A stretch of 64,000 bases of DNA from an uncultured bacterium (GTDB lineage: Bacteria; Krumholzibacteriota; Krumholzibacteriia; G020349025). A program made the translations under genes and the position numbers. The stretch lies in assembly GCA_964567755.1 (NCBI GenBank), contig CAZMNW010000020.1:7401-71400 (forward strand). Direction: 5' to 3'. Below, piece after piece: positions 1 through 9,791 of the stretch (position 1 is its first letter; each line of letters starts with the position of its first letter). A model generated the notes under the pieces. It ran no database searches and had not been told where the DNA came from. It saw nothing but the letters and a program-made list of their open reading frames with translations.

Positions 1-26
1 TTTCTCTGGGGTGTGCGCCTGAGGCG

Positions 27-680
27 GTGCCGCCCGTGGCAGAAGTCAAGGCGAAGCCGGCTCTGCCGCCGGAACCTGTCGTGAACCATTCACCATCCGA
101 CGCACAGCCTGGGCAGAGGATCGAGCACGGCGAGTTGATTCTCGACGTCGATGAGGCGAAGGGGAAGCTGCACGCGCAGCATCACCCTCACAAGGTGCTG
201 GAAACCAGAAGAGTGCCGGGGCCCTTTCAGCCGCCCGCGACGACGGACGTCAAGGACTTCGCCTTATCAAAGAGTGAGCTGGACGTGATCAATCCGGGGC
301 CCGGCGAGTATGTCCACGTCATGGAGGGGCAGAGGCACGGCTATCGCAATCTGACCATCGGAATCACCTATACGGCGCCGGGTGGCGCCCCGCCGATGCA
401 CACCCACATGGGCGAGGAGTCCCACGTGCTCGTGAAAGGGCAGAAGATCCTCTACGCACTGGGCGACAAGATGTTTGTCATGGAGGGACCCTACATCGTC
501 AACATTCCCCCCATGGTGCCTCATTCGTTCCAGAACTTGGATGATGCGGTCGCGGAACTCGTGGTGGTCTTTCCGACCAACGTGTGGGAGTACGACGTTC
601 TGGACTACTTCCCGTTTGCCACTCCCGAAGCCAAAGCACTGGCGGAGGGAGCGACACGAGCCAAAGCCGAGGGTCAGTGA
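27..680 (+). CDS. cupin domain protein; the true start may lie upstream of the window
   Basis: Cupin motif G-x5-HxH-x3-E-x6-G ('GGAPPMHTHMGEESHVLVKG') and a second motif 'PPMVPHSFQN'. High GC3 coding frame. Confidence 0.6.
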   Translation: MPPVAEVKAKPALPPEPVVNHSPSDAQPGQRIEHGELILDVDEAKGKLHAQHHPHKVLETRRVPGPFQPPATTDVKDFALSKSELDVINPGPGEYVHVMEGQRHGYRNLTIGITYTAPGGAPPMHTHMGEESHVLVKGQKILYALGDKMFVMEGPYIVNIPPMVPHSFQNLDDAVAELVVVFPTNVWEYDVLDYFPFATPEAKALAEGATRAKAEGQ

Positions 681-816
681 AGAATCGTGGGTCGCAATCG
701 CGAGCCTGAGGCCTCAGGTCGGGATGTGCCTGCACGATCTCGACCGTCGGACGGCTTGTACGAGTGAAGGACTGAGAGATCGTGGCAGCCGTGACGTCTC
801 ACCCCTTGGAGGTCTC

Positions 817-1341
817 ATGACTGATCTCAACGGTGCGCTTGCGGGGAATCGCGCCGCCGTGAGCGAGCTCATCGCCACTGCGGAAAGAGCAGGGTCGGCT
901 TGGACTGTGCCGTGCGCCCCTGGCAAATGGTCGCCAAGTCGGGTCGTGGAGCATGTGGCGCTGTCGCTGGAGCAATCGGCGAACGTCGTTGCTGGGGCTG
1001 CGTCGAAGTTCCCGTCGCTCCCCGGCTTCCTGCGCCCGCTGGTCAGAATCTTGTTCTTCAATCGGATTTTGAAGAAGGGCGTGTTTCCGAAGGCGAAGAC
1101 CCCCAAGGCGCTTGATCCTGCGAGCGGACCTGCCACGCCGGCCCAGGCGCGCGTTCGCATGGAAGGAGCGCTCGCCAAGTTTGATCAGGCATGCCGTGCA
1201 CGGGTCGCCAGCGGCCAAAAGGTCGCGAGCACCATCTTCGGCACGGTCTCGGTCGAAGACTATGCGCGGTTTCAGGAGTTGCACGTCCGGCACCACTGCA
1301 AGCAGATGCCGGGACAAAGACTGGCTGGCAGCCTGGGATGA
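817..1341 (+). CDS. DinB/DUF1569-like four-helix-bundle protein
   Basis: Start reassigned to ATG at 817 ('MTDLNGALAGN') with GGAGG 7 nt upstream. The ORF-track N-terminal 113 aa are low complexity and overlap the cupin gene. C-terminal 'FQELHVRHHCKQ' is a DinB_2-like His motif. Confidence 0.55.
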   Translation: MTDLNGALAGNRAAVSELIATAERAGSAWTVPCAPGKWSPSRVVEHVALSLEQSANVVAGAASKFPSLPGFLRPLVRILFFNRILKKGVFPKAKTPKALDPASGPATPAQARVRMEGALAKFDQACRARVASGQKVASTIFGTVSVEDYARFQELHVRHHCKQMPGQRLAGSLG

Positions 1342-1384
1342 GCCGACGAACTCGCAGCTGGACCCTCGGCCGAAGCCGGGTCGT

Positions 1385-2839
1385 TCAGCCTTTGATGACG
1401 GCGACGGGGCGGAGACGCGCCACCTTGCGCGCGATGCCGGCGCGAGCGACGACTTCGATGACACGATCGACGTCTTTATAGGCTTGCGGCGCTTCTTCGG
1501 CGAGGCCTGGCATGGAGCCGGCGCGCACCGTGACGCCGTGGGCTTTGAGTTCTTCGCGCAGCTTCTCGCCGCGAATCTCTCGCCTGGCTTGCGAGCGGCT
1601 CATGACGCGCCCGGCACCATGGCATGTCGAGCCGAAAGTTTGCTGCATGGAATCCTCCGTGCCCAAGAGCACCCACGATGCCGTGCCCATGGAGCCCGGG
1701 ATGAGCACTGGCTGGCCGATACGCCGTAAATCGTCGGCGAGACCGGGTGCGCCGGGGCCGAAGGCGCGTGTGGCGCCTTTGCGGTGCACGCACAGCGTTC
1801 GACGCACGCCCGCTATCTCATGTTCCTCGACCTTCGCCATGTTGTGTGCGATGTCGTAGACCTGATGCAGCGTCGCATCCGCGACCTGGCCTGCGAGCAC
1901 TTCTGCGAACGACTTGCGCACGAAGTGCGCCAGCACCTGCCGATTGGCGAAAGCGAAGTTGGCGGCGCAGGCCATGGCAGCCAAGTACGCGCGGCCTTCG
2001 GGCGAATCGAACGGCGCGCACACCAGCTCGCGGTCGGCGAGCCGGATGCCGTACTTGCGTACCGTCGCCTGGAAGCTGCTCACGTAGTCCGTGCACACTT
2101 GATGACCGAAGCCACGGCTGCCGCAATGGATCTGGATCACGACTTGACCCGGAAAGAGCCCGAGCACATGGGCTGCGGTCGGGTCGAAGACGGTGTCCAC
2201 TTCGTCCACTTCGATGAAGTGATTGCCGGCGCCGAGCGTGCCGATCTGATGCCGGCCACGTTGGATGGCACGCGCGCTCGTATGGGATGCGTCGGCACCG
2301 GGGATGGTGCCGTTCGCTTCGGTGCGCGCTAGGTCTTCGGCGGTGGCGTAGCCGCGCGCGAGCGCCCAACGGGCACCTTCGCTCAGTACGTGTTCCAAGT
2401 CGTCGGACCCGAGTCGCACCGCGCCCTCGGAGCCGACGCCGCTCGGGCAGTTGCGGAACAGTGCCGTCGCCAAGTCGCCGATCCAGTCGCTGATCTCCGC
2501 ATAGGAGACGTGCGCGGCGAGAAGACGCACGCCGCAGTTGATGTCGTACCCCACGGCCCCGGGCGAGATGATGCCATCGGGGACAGATGCCGCCATGACA
2601 CCGCCGATGGGCATGCCGTAGCCTTGGTGCACATCCGGCATGACCACGACTGGCCCGACGAGCCCCGGCAACGCCGCCACGTTCATCGCCTGCTCGAACG
2701 ATTTATCGCGCAGCGCATCTTCCAGGAGCTTGTCGTCGGCATAGACGCGCACGGCAACCTGCATGTCGGCGCGAGTGTTCTGGGGAAGCTCCCACACACA
2801 GTCGCCGAGGCGCTGGAAACTTTTCTTGGTCAGAGGCAT
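1385..2839 (-). CDS. rtcB: RNA-splicing ligase RtcB (3'-phosphate/5'-hydroxyl RNA ligase)
   Basis: '[17 protein letters not shown]', 'NCGVRLL' and '[14 protein letters not shown]' are RtcB hallmarks. Start at 'MPLTKK' with GGAG 8 nt upstream. Confidence 0.9.
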   Translation of the reverse strand: MPLTKKSFQRLGDCVWELPQNTRADMQVAVRVYADDKLLEDALRDKSFEQAMNVAALPGLVGPVVVMPDVHQGYGMPIGGVMAASVPDGIISPGAVGYDINCGVRLLAAHVSYAEISDWIGDLATALFRNCPSGVGSEGAVRLGSDDLEHVLSEGARWALARGYATAEDLARTEANGTIPGADASHTSARAIQRGRHQIGTLGAGNHFIEVDEVDTVFDPTAAHVLGLFPGQVVIQIHCGSRGFGHQVCTDYVSSFQATVRKYGIRLADRELVCAPFDSPEGRAYLAAMACAANFAFANRQVLAHFVRKSFAEVLAGQVADATLHQVYDIAHNMAKVEEHEIAGVRRTLCVHRKGATRAFGPGAPGLADDLRRIGQPVLIPGSMGTASWVLLGTEDSMQQTFGSTCHGAGRVMSRSQARREIRGEKLREELKAHGVTVRAGSMPGLAEEAPQAYKDVDRVIEVVARAGIARKVARLRPVAVIKG

Positions 2840-2914
2840 CACGGACTCCAAGGTCAGGTCTTGTCGCGGACGCAACGACCGGCGCATGGTTTGTCGCGTG
2901 CGGCGCGGTCGACG

Positions 2915-3352
2915 TCAAACATCGAAGACGATTTCGGCCTCGTAGCCGTTGTCCAGGCGTCGAATGGCCAACGCATTGAACGTCGCCGCCTTGATCGTTC
3001 GACGCAGCTCGTGCACGGGCCCACCCACCACCGTGGCATGCAGCCGCGCCATGGCCGGCGCATGCGAGGTCATCGATGTGTCGAGGGACGTGATGTGGAA
3101 GTCGCGGAACGCGATGTCCTTGTCCTCGCTCTGGTACAGCAGCTCGTTCAACCAGTCGACGAGCAGCGTTTCCGCATCGATGCCATGCAGATCAAGTTCG
3201 AGCGTGCGTTCCGGGGCCACATGGGCGGGATCGACCAGCAAGCTGAACATGCCGCGGGCCGCGGCCTCGAACAGCCGGCGCAAATCACGACCGCGGACAC
3301 GGATGGCCCAGTCGGCGGTGTGCTCGATCTCCTCGAACGGTGATTCGTTCAT
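2915..3352 (-). CDS. archease (RtcB activator)
   Basis: N-terminal 'FEEIEHTADWAIRVRG' matches the archease 'EHTAD' signature. It lies directly upstream of rtcB on the same strand. Confidence 0.8.
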   Translation of the reverse strand: MNESPFEEIEHTADWAIRVRGRDLRRLFEAAARGMFSLLVDPAHVAPERTLELDLHGIDAETLLVDWLNELLYQSEDKDIAFRDFHITSLDTSMTSHAPAMARLHATVVGGPVHELRRTIKAATFNALAIRRLDNGYEAEIVFDV

Positions 3353-3393
3353 GTCCGGTTCCCGAGGTTACCGCCTTCCTGCAGCGCGGAGTC

Positions 3394-3837
3394 TCAGTGC
3401 TTGCGCAGCAGTCCGAGAGCGTACTTCCCGGGTCCGCTCAGGAACAGCGCCACGTAGACGCAGAAAAGCTCGAGCGCATGGGAAGCGGCGCGCCAGCCAG
3501 ATCCGGGGTCGCCGGCCGGGGTCCTCAAGTGATGGGTGATGGCGACGAGCATGGTGAACGCGAGCAATGCCGCTGCCGGACGGAAAAGGAACCCCACCGC
3601 GAGCAGGATCGAGGCGAAGAACTCGGCGAAGCCGGCCATGAAGCCCCAGAAGGCGGGCAGAAAGGAGAGACCGAGGTCCGGCATCGCAGTGCCGATGTCA
3701 TGCCACCTCGCGGGACCGCCCGAGATTTTTCCCCAGCCGTGAAAGAGCGCCAAGCTCGTGCCGACGCCGAGACGAAGCATCAAGAGGCCGAGATCCCGAG
3801 TGGAATAGGTCGAGGTGTCGATTCGAAGCATCGTCAT
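3394..3837 (-). CDS. DoxX family membrane protein
   Basis: 147 aa with four hydrophobic segments. 'LLMLRLGVGTSLALFHGWGK' is a DoxX-like N-terminus. Confidence 0.75.
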   Translation of the reverse strand: MTMLRIDTSTYSTRDLGLLMLRLGVGTSLALFHGWGKISGGPARWHDIGTAMPDLGLSFLPAFWGFMAGFAEFFASILLAVGFLFRPAAALLAFTMLVAITHHLRTPAGDPGSGWRAASHALELFCVYVALFLSGPGKYALGLLRKH

Positions 3838-3855
3838 CCTTTCGTTGGCACGGTG

Positions 3856-5127
3856 TCAGACCGCGTCGCGGAGAAGCGGTTGGCTGAGACAATGCGGGCC
3901 GCCGCGGGCGCGGGAGATTTCGTTACTGCCGAGCAGAACACAGGCGCGCTCGCCTTTGTCGATGTCGACGCTCTTGCGTCCATAGAGCAGGTCCTTGGCC
4001 GATACGATCGTATAGCCGGCGCGAGCGAGCTCTGCCGCGGTCGCGATGTTGCGATCGTAGAGGAGAACGACTCCCGGAGCCACCGCGAGCGCGTTGGCGC
4101 CGTCGGTCCATTGCTCGCGTTGTTGCAGCATGGGATCGCTGCCGCCGCAAGGGATCGGCTTCAGGTCGACGCGCCGCCGGCGCAACGCGGAAAATAAATC
4201 GGCGCGCGCCACGGGCACCGGCTCGCGCGCGTGCAGATCGATCTCGAAGATTCGACCTTCGCCCGGATTCCCAGGCTCGACGAGCCCCGGATACACCAGA
4301 CAGGCATCGCGGTCGATGGGCGTCATCACGGTATCGAGATGCATGTAGGCGCGATGCTGCGGCAGTGAGACGATGACCAGCCAGCGCGGCCCGCCGTCGA
4401 GCCGCGCGAGCGCACGCGCCAGCTGCTGCACGCCGGTGCGGTTCGTGCGCTGCGAGGCGCCGACGGCGACGACATCGGCTGAGAGTACGAGCACGTCGCC
4501 GCCTTCGATGTGCGGCCGGTGCGGTCCGAGGTGGATGGAGGCATCGCGGCTCGCGGTGGGATCGAGGAGCCGCGGCACCGCCGAGAGATCGGGATGGAAG
4601 CGGAACACGGCGCTCGCGAGCAGCGATTCGCGCCAGCGTGCCGGTGTCGCCATCGACGCGATCACCACATGTTCGCCGAGGACGATCTGCGGATCGCGTT
4701 GGAAGCACAGGTTGGGCACCGGCGGGATCTCGAAGATCTCGTGCGCGTCGTGGGCGGTGAACGGCGGCTCGCGGCGCAGACCGCCCGTCATCAGGCGCGC
4801 GAGCTCTGCCGGAGTGGCGGCGCGCAAGCGCTCGAGAACGTCCGGTGCCAGCACTTCTTCGAACGGGTCGAGCAGCCAGCGACGCGCTTCCTGACGCTGC
4901 AACGCCTCCACCAGCAGCCTCTGGAACTGAACGACCTCGACGCCCAATGCTTCGAGGACGCGCTGGAAACGCCGGTGTTCCTTGCGCGCTGCATCGCCGA
5001 ACAAGATATCGTCGAAGAGCAACTCCTCCATCATGCTCGGCAACATGTGGTCCACTTCGAGCCCCGGCTCGTGGACGAGGACGCGGCGCAGGCGGCCGAT
5101 CTCCGATGTGACGCGAACCGTTGGCAC
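3856..5127 (-). CDS. arginine deiminase / amidinotransferase-superfamily protein
   Basis: C-terminal 'GGPHCLSQPL' resembles the catalytic-Cys motif of arginine deiminases (GGGxxCMSMP). Length is 423 aa. Confidence 0.7.
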   Translation of the reverse strand: MPTVRVTSEIGRLRRVLVHEPGLEVDHMLPSMMEELLFDDILFGDAARKEHRRFQRVLEALGVEVVQFQRLLVEALQRQEARRWLLDPFEEVLAPDVLERLRAATPAELARLMTGGLRREPPFTAHDAHEIFEIPPVPNLCFQRDPQIVLGEHVVIASMATPARWRESLLASAVFRFHPDLSAVPRLLDPTASRDASIHLGPHRPHIEGGDVLVLSADVVAVGASQRTNRTGVQQLARALARLDGGPRWLVIVSLPQHRAYMHLDTVMTPIDRDACLVYPGLVEPGNPGEGRIFEIDLHAREPVPVARADLFSALRRRRVDLKPIPCGGSDPMLQQREQWTDGANALAVAPGVVLLYDRNIATAAELARAGYTIVSAKDLLYGRKSVDIDKGERACVLLGSNEISRARGGPHCLSQPLLRDAV

Positions 5128-5198
5128 AGGACTCCTCCGCGCTCGTGGGAGAATACCCTGTTTGGCCCGCCGATCCAGGACTGCTATGGTGCGTCTCG

Positions 5199-5663
5199 AT
5201 GCGCCTCGATGCCGTAAGACCGCCCGCCGGCCCGTTCATCGTCTCGGAAGACGTTCCGGTGCGTTTCCGCGACACCGATGCGATGGGTCACGTCAACAAC
5301 GCCGTCTATCTCACCTACCTCGAGGTGGGGCGTCAGGCTTATTGGCAGCGCTTCTCGCGCCAGGGCAGTTACAACGCGGTGCCGTTCGTGCTGGCGCACG
5401 TGTGCATCGATTTCCGCGCCGAGGCGCGCGTCGGTGAAGTGGTGCGCGTGTTCTTGCGCACGACCTGGGTGTCCCGGAGCTCGTTCGGGATGGAATACGA
5501 GCTGCGAGAACGCGACTCGGGAGTGCTGCTCGCGACCGCCGAGACGGTGCAAGTGACCTACGACTACGAGGCCAAGCACTCGATCGCGGTTCCCGATTGG
5601 CTGCGTCAGGAGCTCGAAATGGTCGAGGGGCGAGCATTGCCTTCCCGGCCGCCCTCGGGCTGA
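5199..5663 (+). CDS. acyl-CoA thioesterase (4HBT/YbgC-like hotdog fold)
   Basis: 'VRFRDTDAMGHVNNAVYLTYLE' is a 4HBT thioesterase motif. Start moved to ATG 5199 to avoid overlap with the convergent deiminase gene start. Confidence 0.75.
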   Translation: MRLDAVRPPAGPFIVSEDVPVRFRDTDAMGHVNNAVYLTYLEVGRQAYWQRFSRQGSYNAVPFVLAHVCIDFRAEARVGEVVRVFLRTTWVSRSSFGMEYELRERDSGVLLATAETVQVTYDYEAKHSIAVPDWLRQELEMVEGRALPSRPPSG

Positions 5664-5676
5664 TCGCCGCCGGCGC

Positions 5677-8088
5677 ATGACGATGCCGAAGCCGACGGGA
5701 ACCTCGCCGCACGTCGCAGCATTCCGGCAACGTACACCTCGGGGGTTTCGAGTGCGGTTGCTCGCGCGTTACATAAAATGGCTGCACACGGGTTGGCCGG
5801 CGGGCACGGTGGAGAAGTTGCCCGCAGTCGAGCCCGACGGGTCGACGCGCGTCCCGGGTCTTTATGTCGTCGGCGATCTCACGGGGATTCCGCTGCTCAA
5901 GTTCTCCTCCGACACCGGTGCTCGCGCCGTGCAGACGATCGTGGCCGATCCGGCGTTCCAAACGGCGCGAGCCGAACGCGGGCCCGAGGGACGGACGGTG
6001 CTCGATCTGGTGATCGTCGGCGCGGGCGTGTCCGGGATCGCGGCGGCGCTCGAGGCCAAGCAGCATGGGCTGCGCTTCGAGGTCTGCGAAGCCACCGAAC
6101 CCTTCTCGACCGTCGTCAACTTCCCGAAGGGGAAGCCGATCTACACCTATCCGACGCAGATGACACCCGTGGGAGCGTTGCAGCTGCGTGCCGCGGTCAA
6201 GGAAGACCTGGTGCAGGAGCTGCAAACGTACGCGCAAACCGCAGGCATCACGCCGCGCATGGTGCGCATCGAACGCGTCGTCCGCCACGGCAAGCTGCTC
6301 GAGCTGACTCTGGCCCAGGGCGAGAGCCTGCTCGCACGCCGCGTCATCGTCGCCATCGGACGGTCGGGCAACTTCCGCAAGCTCGGCGTGGCCGGCGAAG
6401 ACCTGCCCAAGGTCGCCAACCGTTTGCATGACCCGATGGATTTCGCCGGACAGAACGTGCTGGTGGTGGGTGGCGGCGACAGCGCCCTCGAAGCGGCGAT
6501 CGCGCTGGCGCTGGCTGGCGCTTCGGTGACGGTGTCGTATCGCGGGGCGGAATTCGCGCGAGCGAAGCCCGAGAACGTCGACAAATTGCACGCGTTGCAG
6601 CGCGATCCCATGGCCGATGTGCAGGTGGAACAGCCGACGTCGGAACGCGTCACCACGTCTGCCGGGCGCTTCCTCGGCGCGCACCGCAAGCCCGGGCACA
6701 TTCGCGTGCTGTTGTCGAGTCAGGTGGAGCGCATCGACGAAACCACCGTGACTCTCGCGCACGCTGGCCGTCCCGAAACGCTGCCGAACGCCGCCGTTTT
6801 CACCATGATCGGACGCGAGGCACCGCTCGAGTTCTTCCGCCGTTCGGGCGTGCCGATCCGAGGCGAGTGGACGCGCCGCAGCAAGCTCGCGCTCGCGGGA
6901 TTTCTGCTCTTCTGCACTGCACTCTACGATTGGAAATCGGGCGGCTACCTCGATGCATTGGGGCGGAAGCTCGGAGGCTTCCCCTACGATCTCGGCCAAT
7001 GGCTGCACGCCGCGCCGCATTCGTTTCTCGGCGTCACCCTCGCCTCGGCACAGGGACCGTCATTCTGGTACACGCTCGTCTATTCGACGCTCATCGTGGT
7101 CTTCGGCGTGCGGCGGATCCGGCGCCGGCGCACGCCGTACGTGCGCGTGCAGACGCTCACCCTCATGTCGATCCAGGTGTTGCCGTTGTTCTTGTTGCCG
7201 GAGATCCTGTTGCCGTGGCTCGGGTACCACGGCTGGCTGCCCGCCTGGCTCGCCGATCCGCTGTTTCCGGTCGTCGACTACGGCCACGGCCGCGAATACT
7301 GGCGTGCCTACGGCTTCGTGCTGGCCTGGCCGCTCATGATCTACAACTTTTTCACCGACTCGCCGCTTTGGGGATGGCTCGTCCTCGGCGGCCTGCAGAC
7401 GTTCGTGCTCATCCCGTTTCTCGTCTACCGTTGGGGCAAGGGCGCTTACTGCGGCTGGATCTGCTCGTGCGGGGCGCTGGCGGAAACGCTCGGCGACACC
7501 CAGCGCCACAAGATGCCGCACGGACCGCGCTGGAATCGCCTCAACATGATCGGGCAAGCGATCCTGGCGCTCGCGTTCATATTGCTCTTGCTCCGCATCG
7601 CGTGGTGGTTGTCGCCGCAGACCGGCTGGCTGCGCGCCATCAATTTGGCCGCCAAGGACGGCAGTGGCCTTCCCGGTGCGCTGCACTTGCTGAGCTACAA
7701 GTGGCTCGTCGACGTCTTTTTGGCCGGCGTGTTGGGATACGGCCTGTACTTCTGGTTCAGCGGCCGGGCCTGGTGCCGTTTCGCCTGTCCGCTCGCGGCC
7801 CTCATGCACCTCTACGCGCGGTTTTCGCGTTTCCGCATCCTGGCCGACAAGAAGAAGTGCATCTCGTGCAACGTCTGCACTTCGGTGTGTCATCAGGGGA
7901 TCGACGTCATGAACTTCGCCAACAAGGGGATGCCCATGGCGGACCCGGAATGCGTGCGCTGCAGCGCTTGCGTGCAGAGCTGCCCGACCGGCGTCTTGCG
8001 TTTTGGTCAGGTCGATCCGAAGACGGGCCAGGTACTGGGCTACGATCGGCTCGCGGCTTCCCCGGTCCAGATGGCCGAAGAACACTGA
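5677..8088 (+). CDS. fusion protein: FAD/NAD(P)-binding oxidoreductase domain plus NapH/MauN-like integral-membrane polyferredoxin with a 2x[4Fe-4S] dicluster
   Basis: GxGxxG motifs 'VIVGAGVSGIAAALEA' and 'VLVVGGGDSALEAA'. Also 'GLYVVGD'. Membrane half carries 'CGWICSCGALAE' and 'CRFACPLAALMHL' (Cx3CP type), then 'CISCNVCTSVCHQG...CVRCSACVQSCP'. Confidence 0.75.
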   Translation: MTMPKPTGTSPHVAAFRQRTPRGFRVRLLARYIKWLHTGWPAGTVEKLPAVEPDGSTRVPGLYVVGDLTGIPLLKFSSDTGARAVQTIVADPAFQTARAERGPEGRTVLDLVIVGAGVSGIAAALEAKQHGLRFEVCEATEPFSTVVNFPKGKPIYTYPTQMTPVGALQLRAAVKEDLVQELQTYAQTAGITPRMVRIERVVRHGKLLELTLAQGESLLARRVIVAIGRSGNFRKLGVAGEDLPKVANRLHDPMDFAGQNVLVVGGGDSALEAAIALALAGASVTVSYRGAEFARAKPENVDKLHALQRDPMADVQVEQPTSERVTTSAGRFLGAHRKPGHIRVLLSSQVERIDETTVTLAHAGRPETLPNAAVFTMIGREAPLEFFRRSGVPIRGEWTRRSKLALAGFLLFCTALYDWKSGGYLDALGRKLGGFPYDLGQWLHAAPHSFLGVTLASAQGPSFWYTLVYSTLIVVFGVRRIRRRRTPYVRVQTLTLMSIQVLPLFLLPEILLPWLGYHGWLPAWLADPLFPVVDYGHGREYWRAYGFVLAWPLMIYNFFTDSPLWGWLVLGGLQTFVLIPFLVYRWGKGAYCGWICSCGALAETLGDTQRHKMPHGPRWNRLNMIGQAILALAFILLLLRIAWWLSPQTGWLRAINLAAKDGSGLPGALHLLSYKWLVDVFLAGVLGYGLYFWFSGRAWCRFACPLAALMHLYARFSRFRILADKKKCISCNVCTSVCHQGIDVMNFANKGMPMADPECVRCSACVQSCPTGVLRFGQVDPKTGQVLGYDRLAASPVQMAEEH

Positions 8089-8142
8089 TCGGGTACACTC
8101 TCGCGAGTGCGAACTCACCCTTGTGCCAGCGACGGAGGATCG

Positions 8143-8925
8143 ATGTCGGCGTTGAAGGATCAGCTGGTCTTCGTCACCGGTGCGAGCAGCGGCATCGGCC
8201 GCGCGTGCGCGCGTGCGTTCGCGCGCGAGGGGGCACGGTTGCTGCTCGCGGCGCGTCGGATCGAACGCCTGCAGGCGCTCGCTGCCGAACTGGAGACAGC
8301 ACAGGGGTGTGCGGCGCACTGTCTACGGCTCGACGTGCGTGATGCCAGCGCAGTGGACAAGGCGCTCGACGGGCTGCCGGTGGCATGGCGCGATATCGAC
8401 ATTCTTGTCAACAACGCGGGTCTCTCGCGTGGCCTTGCTCCCATTCAGGCAGGCGATCGAGCGGACTGGGACGAGATGATCGACACCAACGTCAAAGGTC
8501 TCTTGTACGTGACCCGCGCCGTTCTGCCCGGGATGCTCGCGCGCGAACGCGGCTACGTGATCAATGTCGGCTCGATCGCGGGACGAGAGGTCTACGCGAA
8601 CGGCAGCGTCTACTGCGCCAGCAAGTTCGCAGTCCGCGCTCTGACACAGGGGTTGCGGCTGGACTTGCACGGCACGCCGATCCGCGTCAGTACCGTGGAT
8701 CCGGGGCTCGTCGAAACCGAATTCAGTATGGTGCGATTCCGTGGCGATGCCGAGCGCGCGGCGAAGATCTATGCCGGCACGCGCCCCCTGACAGCGGAGG
8801 ACGTCGCTGATGCGGTGCTGTTTTGCGCCACGCGGCCGCCGCACGCCACAGTGGCCGAGCTGGTTCTCTTGGCCTCGGACCAAGCCACGGCGACGACGGT
8901 CCTGCGGCGGCCCACTCAGATGTAG
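8143..8925 (+). CDS. short-chain dehydrogenase/reductase (SDR)
   Basis: 'VFVTGASSGIGRA' (TGxxxGxG), 'NNAG', and 'YCASKFAV' (YxxxK). Confidence 0.85.
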   Translation: MSALKDQLVFVTGASSGIGRACARAFAREGARLLLAARRIERLQALAAELETAQGCAAHCLRLDVRDASAVDKALDGLPVAWRDIDILVNNAGLSRGLAPIQAGDRADWDEMIDTNVKGLLYVTRAVLPGMLARERGYVINVGSIAGREVYANGSVYCASKFAVRALTQGLRLDLHGTPIRVSTVDPGLVETEFSMVRFRGDAERAAKIYAGTRPLTAEDVADAVLFCATRPPHATVAELVLLASDQATATTVLRRPTQM

Positions 8926-9428
8926 CGTTCACGCAGCACGCCCACATGATGCAGCTCGTGTCCAGCGATGATGTACAGAATCGCACGCACGCTGAACTCG
9001 TACCCGGATGCTGTGCCATGGCGCATCGCAATCTCCGCATCGAAGCTTTCGAACAGCGCCAGACTCGCCGTGCGCACGGCGGCGAACTCGGCAAGAATGG
9101 CGCGTAGCGGCCGGCGATCGAAGTTGGCGTTGGCGGCGTAGTCGTTCTGCTCCATGGACGGGAGCTTTGCGGGGTCGTTGCGGGCGAAGGCGAGAGCGCG
9201 GTAGGCAAAAACGCGCTCGGCGTCGATCACGTGACCGAGCACGAGCTTGATGCTCCATTTGTCCGGGGCATAGCGAAAGCGCGCCTTTTCCTCGCCAATC
9301 GATTCGAGCAGTTGCAGCGTTTGTCGGTTCTGTTGCGCCAGGATCTCCAGGATGTTGCCCACGGGGACCTTGTCGATGTAGAGGGCGTAATAGGGCGCGT
9401 GCTCTGTGGGCTCTGGACGCGTGAGCAT
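8916..9428 (-). CDS. DinB family (DinB_2/DUF664) protein
   Basis: Start at 'MLTRPEP' with AGGAG upstream. C-terminal 'IAGHELHHVGVL' His motif. It overlaps the SDR gene's 3' end by 10 bp, convergently. Confidence 0.7.
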   Translation of the reverse strand: MLTRPEPTEHAPYYALYIDKVPVGNILEILAQQNRQTLQLLESIGEEKARFRYAPDKWSIKLVLGHVIDAERVFAYRALAFARNDPAKLPSMEQNDYAANANFDRRPLRAILAEFAAVRTASLALFESFDAEIAMRHGTASGYEFSVRAILYIIAGHELHHVGVLRERYI

Positions 9429-9639
9429 GTGGAACTCCTCTTCTGGCGCGGGTCGTCGTGGCGGCGAACGGTGCTTCAGTCGGGCAAGAGAAGGAAGATG
9501 CGGGTCCGGAGTGGCCTCATGCAACCGGCTCGGCATTGCCGCGGCTGCGTCCTAGGAGACCCCGAACCCCGCGAATCCAGGGCTGCCACGTTCTATGAGG
9601 TTCGGCCTGGATTTCGACCGTGGCCAGATGCGCCCCATT

Positions 9640-9791
9640 GACGGGGTATAAGTATAAGCAATTCATAATAAATAAGTTAGATCAGCAAAAACGGCCGTCC
9701 GTTCACGATCGAATGTGGAAAGAGTACAGGAGAGTAGACATTCCCTATGGAAAATTGTACTAATAGGTAGAGTATTCAACTGGGACGTCAC
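9640..9791. promoter_or_regulatory. AT-rich divergent promoter/operator region upstream of the Rrf2-suf operon
   Basis: A sharp local GC drop ('tataagtataagcaattcataataaataagttag'). Direct repeat 'GTAC-N6-GTAGA' appears twice about 30 bp apart, immediately 5' of the Rrf2 start. Confidence 0.4.

Noticed and set aside
475-1341. ORF-track 288-aa version of the DinB/DUF1569-like gene
   Set aside because: The N-terminal 113 aa overlap the cupin gene and look non-coding ('MSWRDPTSSTFPPWCLIRSRTW'). An internal ATG at 817 with GGAGG is the more credible start.
3923-5275. 450-aa ORF overlapping the arginine-deiminase-like gene in another frame
   Set aside because: Extremely Arg/Ala-rich ('RRRRARTLSRCRRRRR'). 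The alternative frame has the catalytic 'GGPHCLSQPL' motif.
5311-7020. 569-aa antisense ORF opposite the FAD-oxidoreductase/polyferredoxin gene (also 6867-8342 + and 7060-8319 -)
   Set aside because: Arg/Ala/Pro-rich low-complexity translation with no motifs. The sense strand carries clear GxGxxG and Fe-S Cys motifs. Typical GC-driven shadow ORFs.
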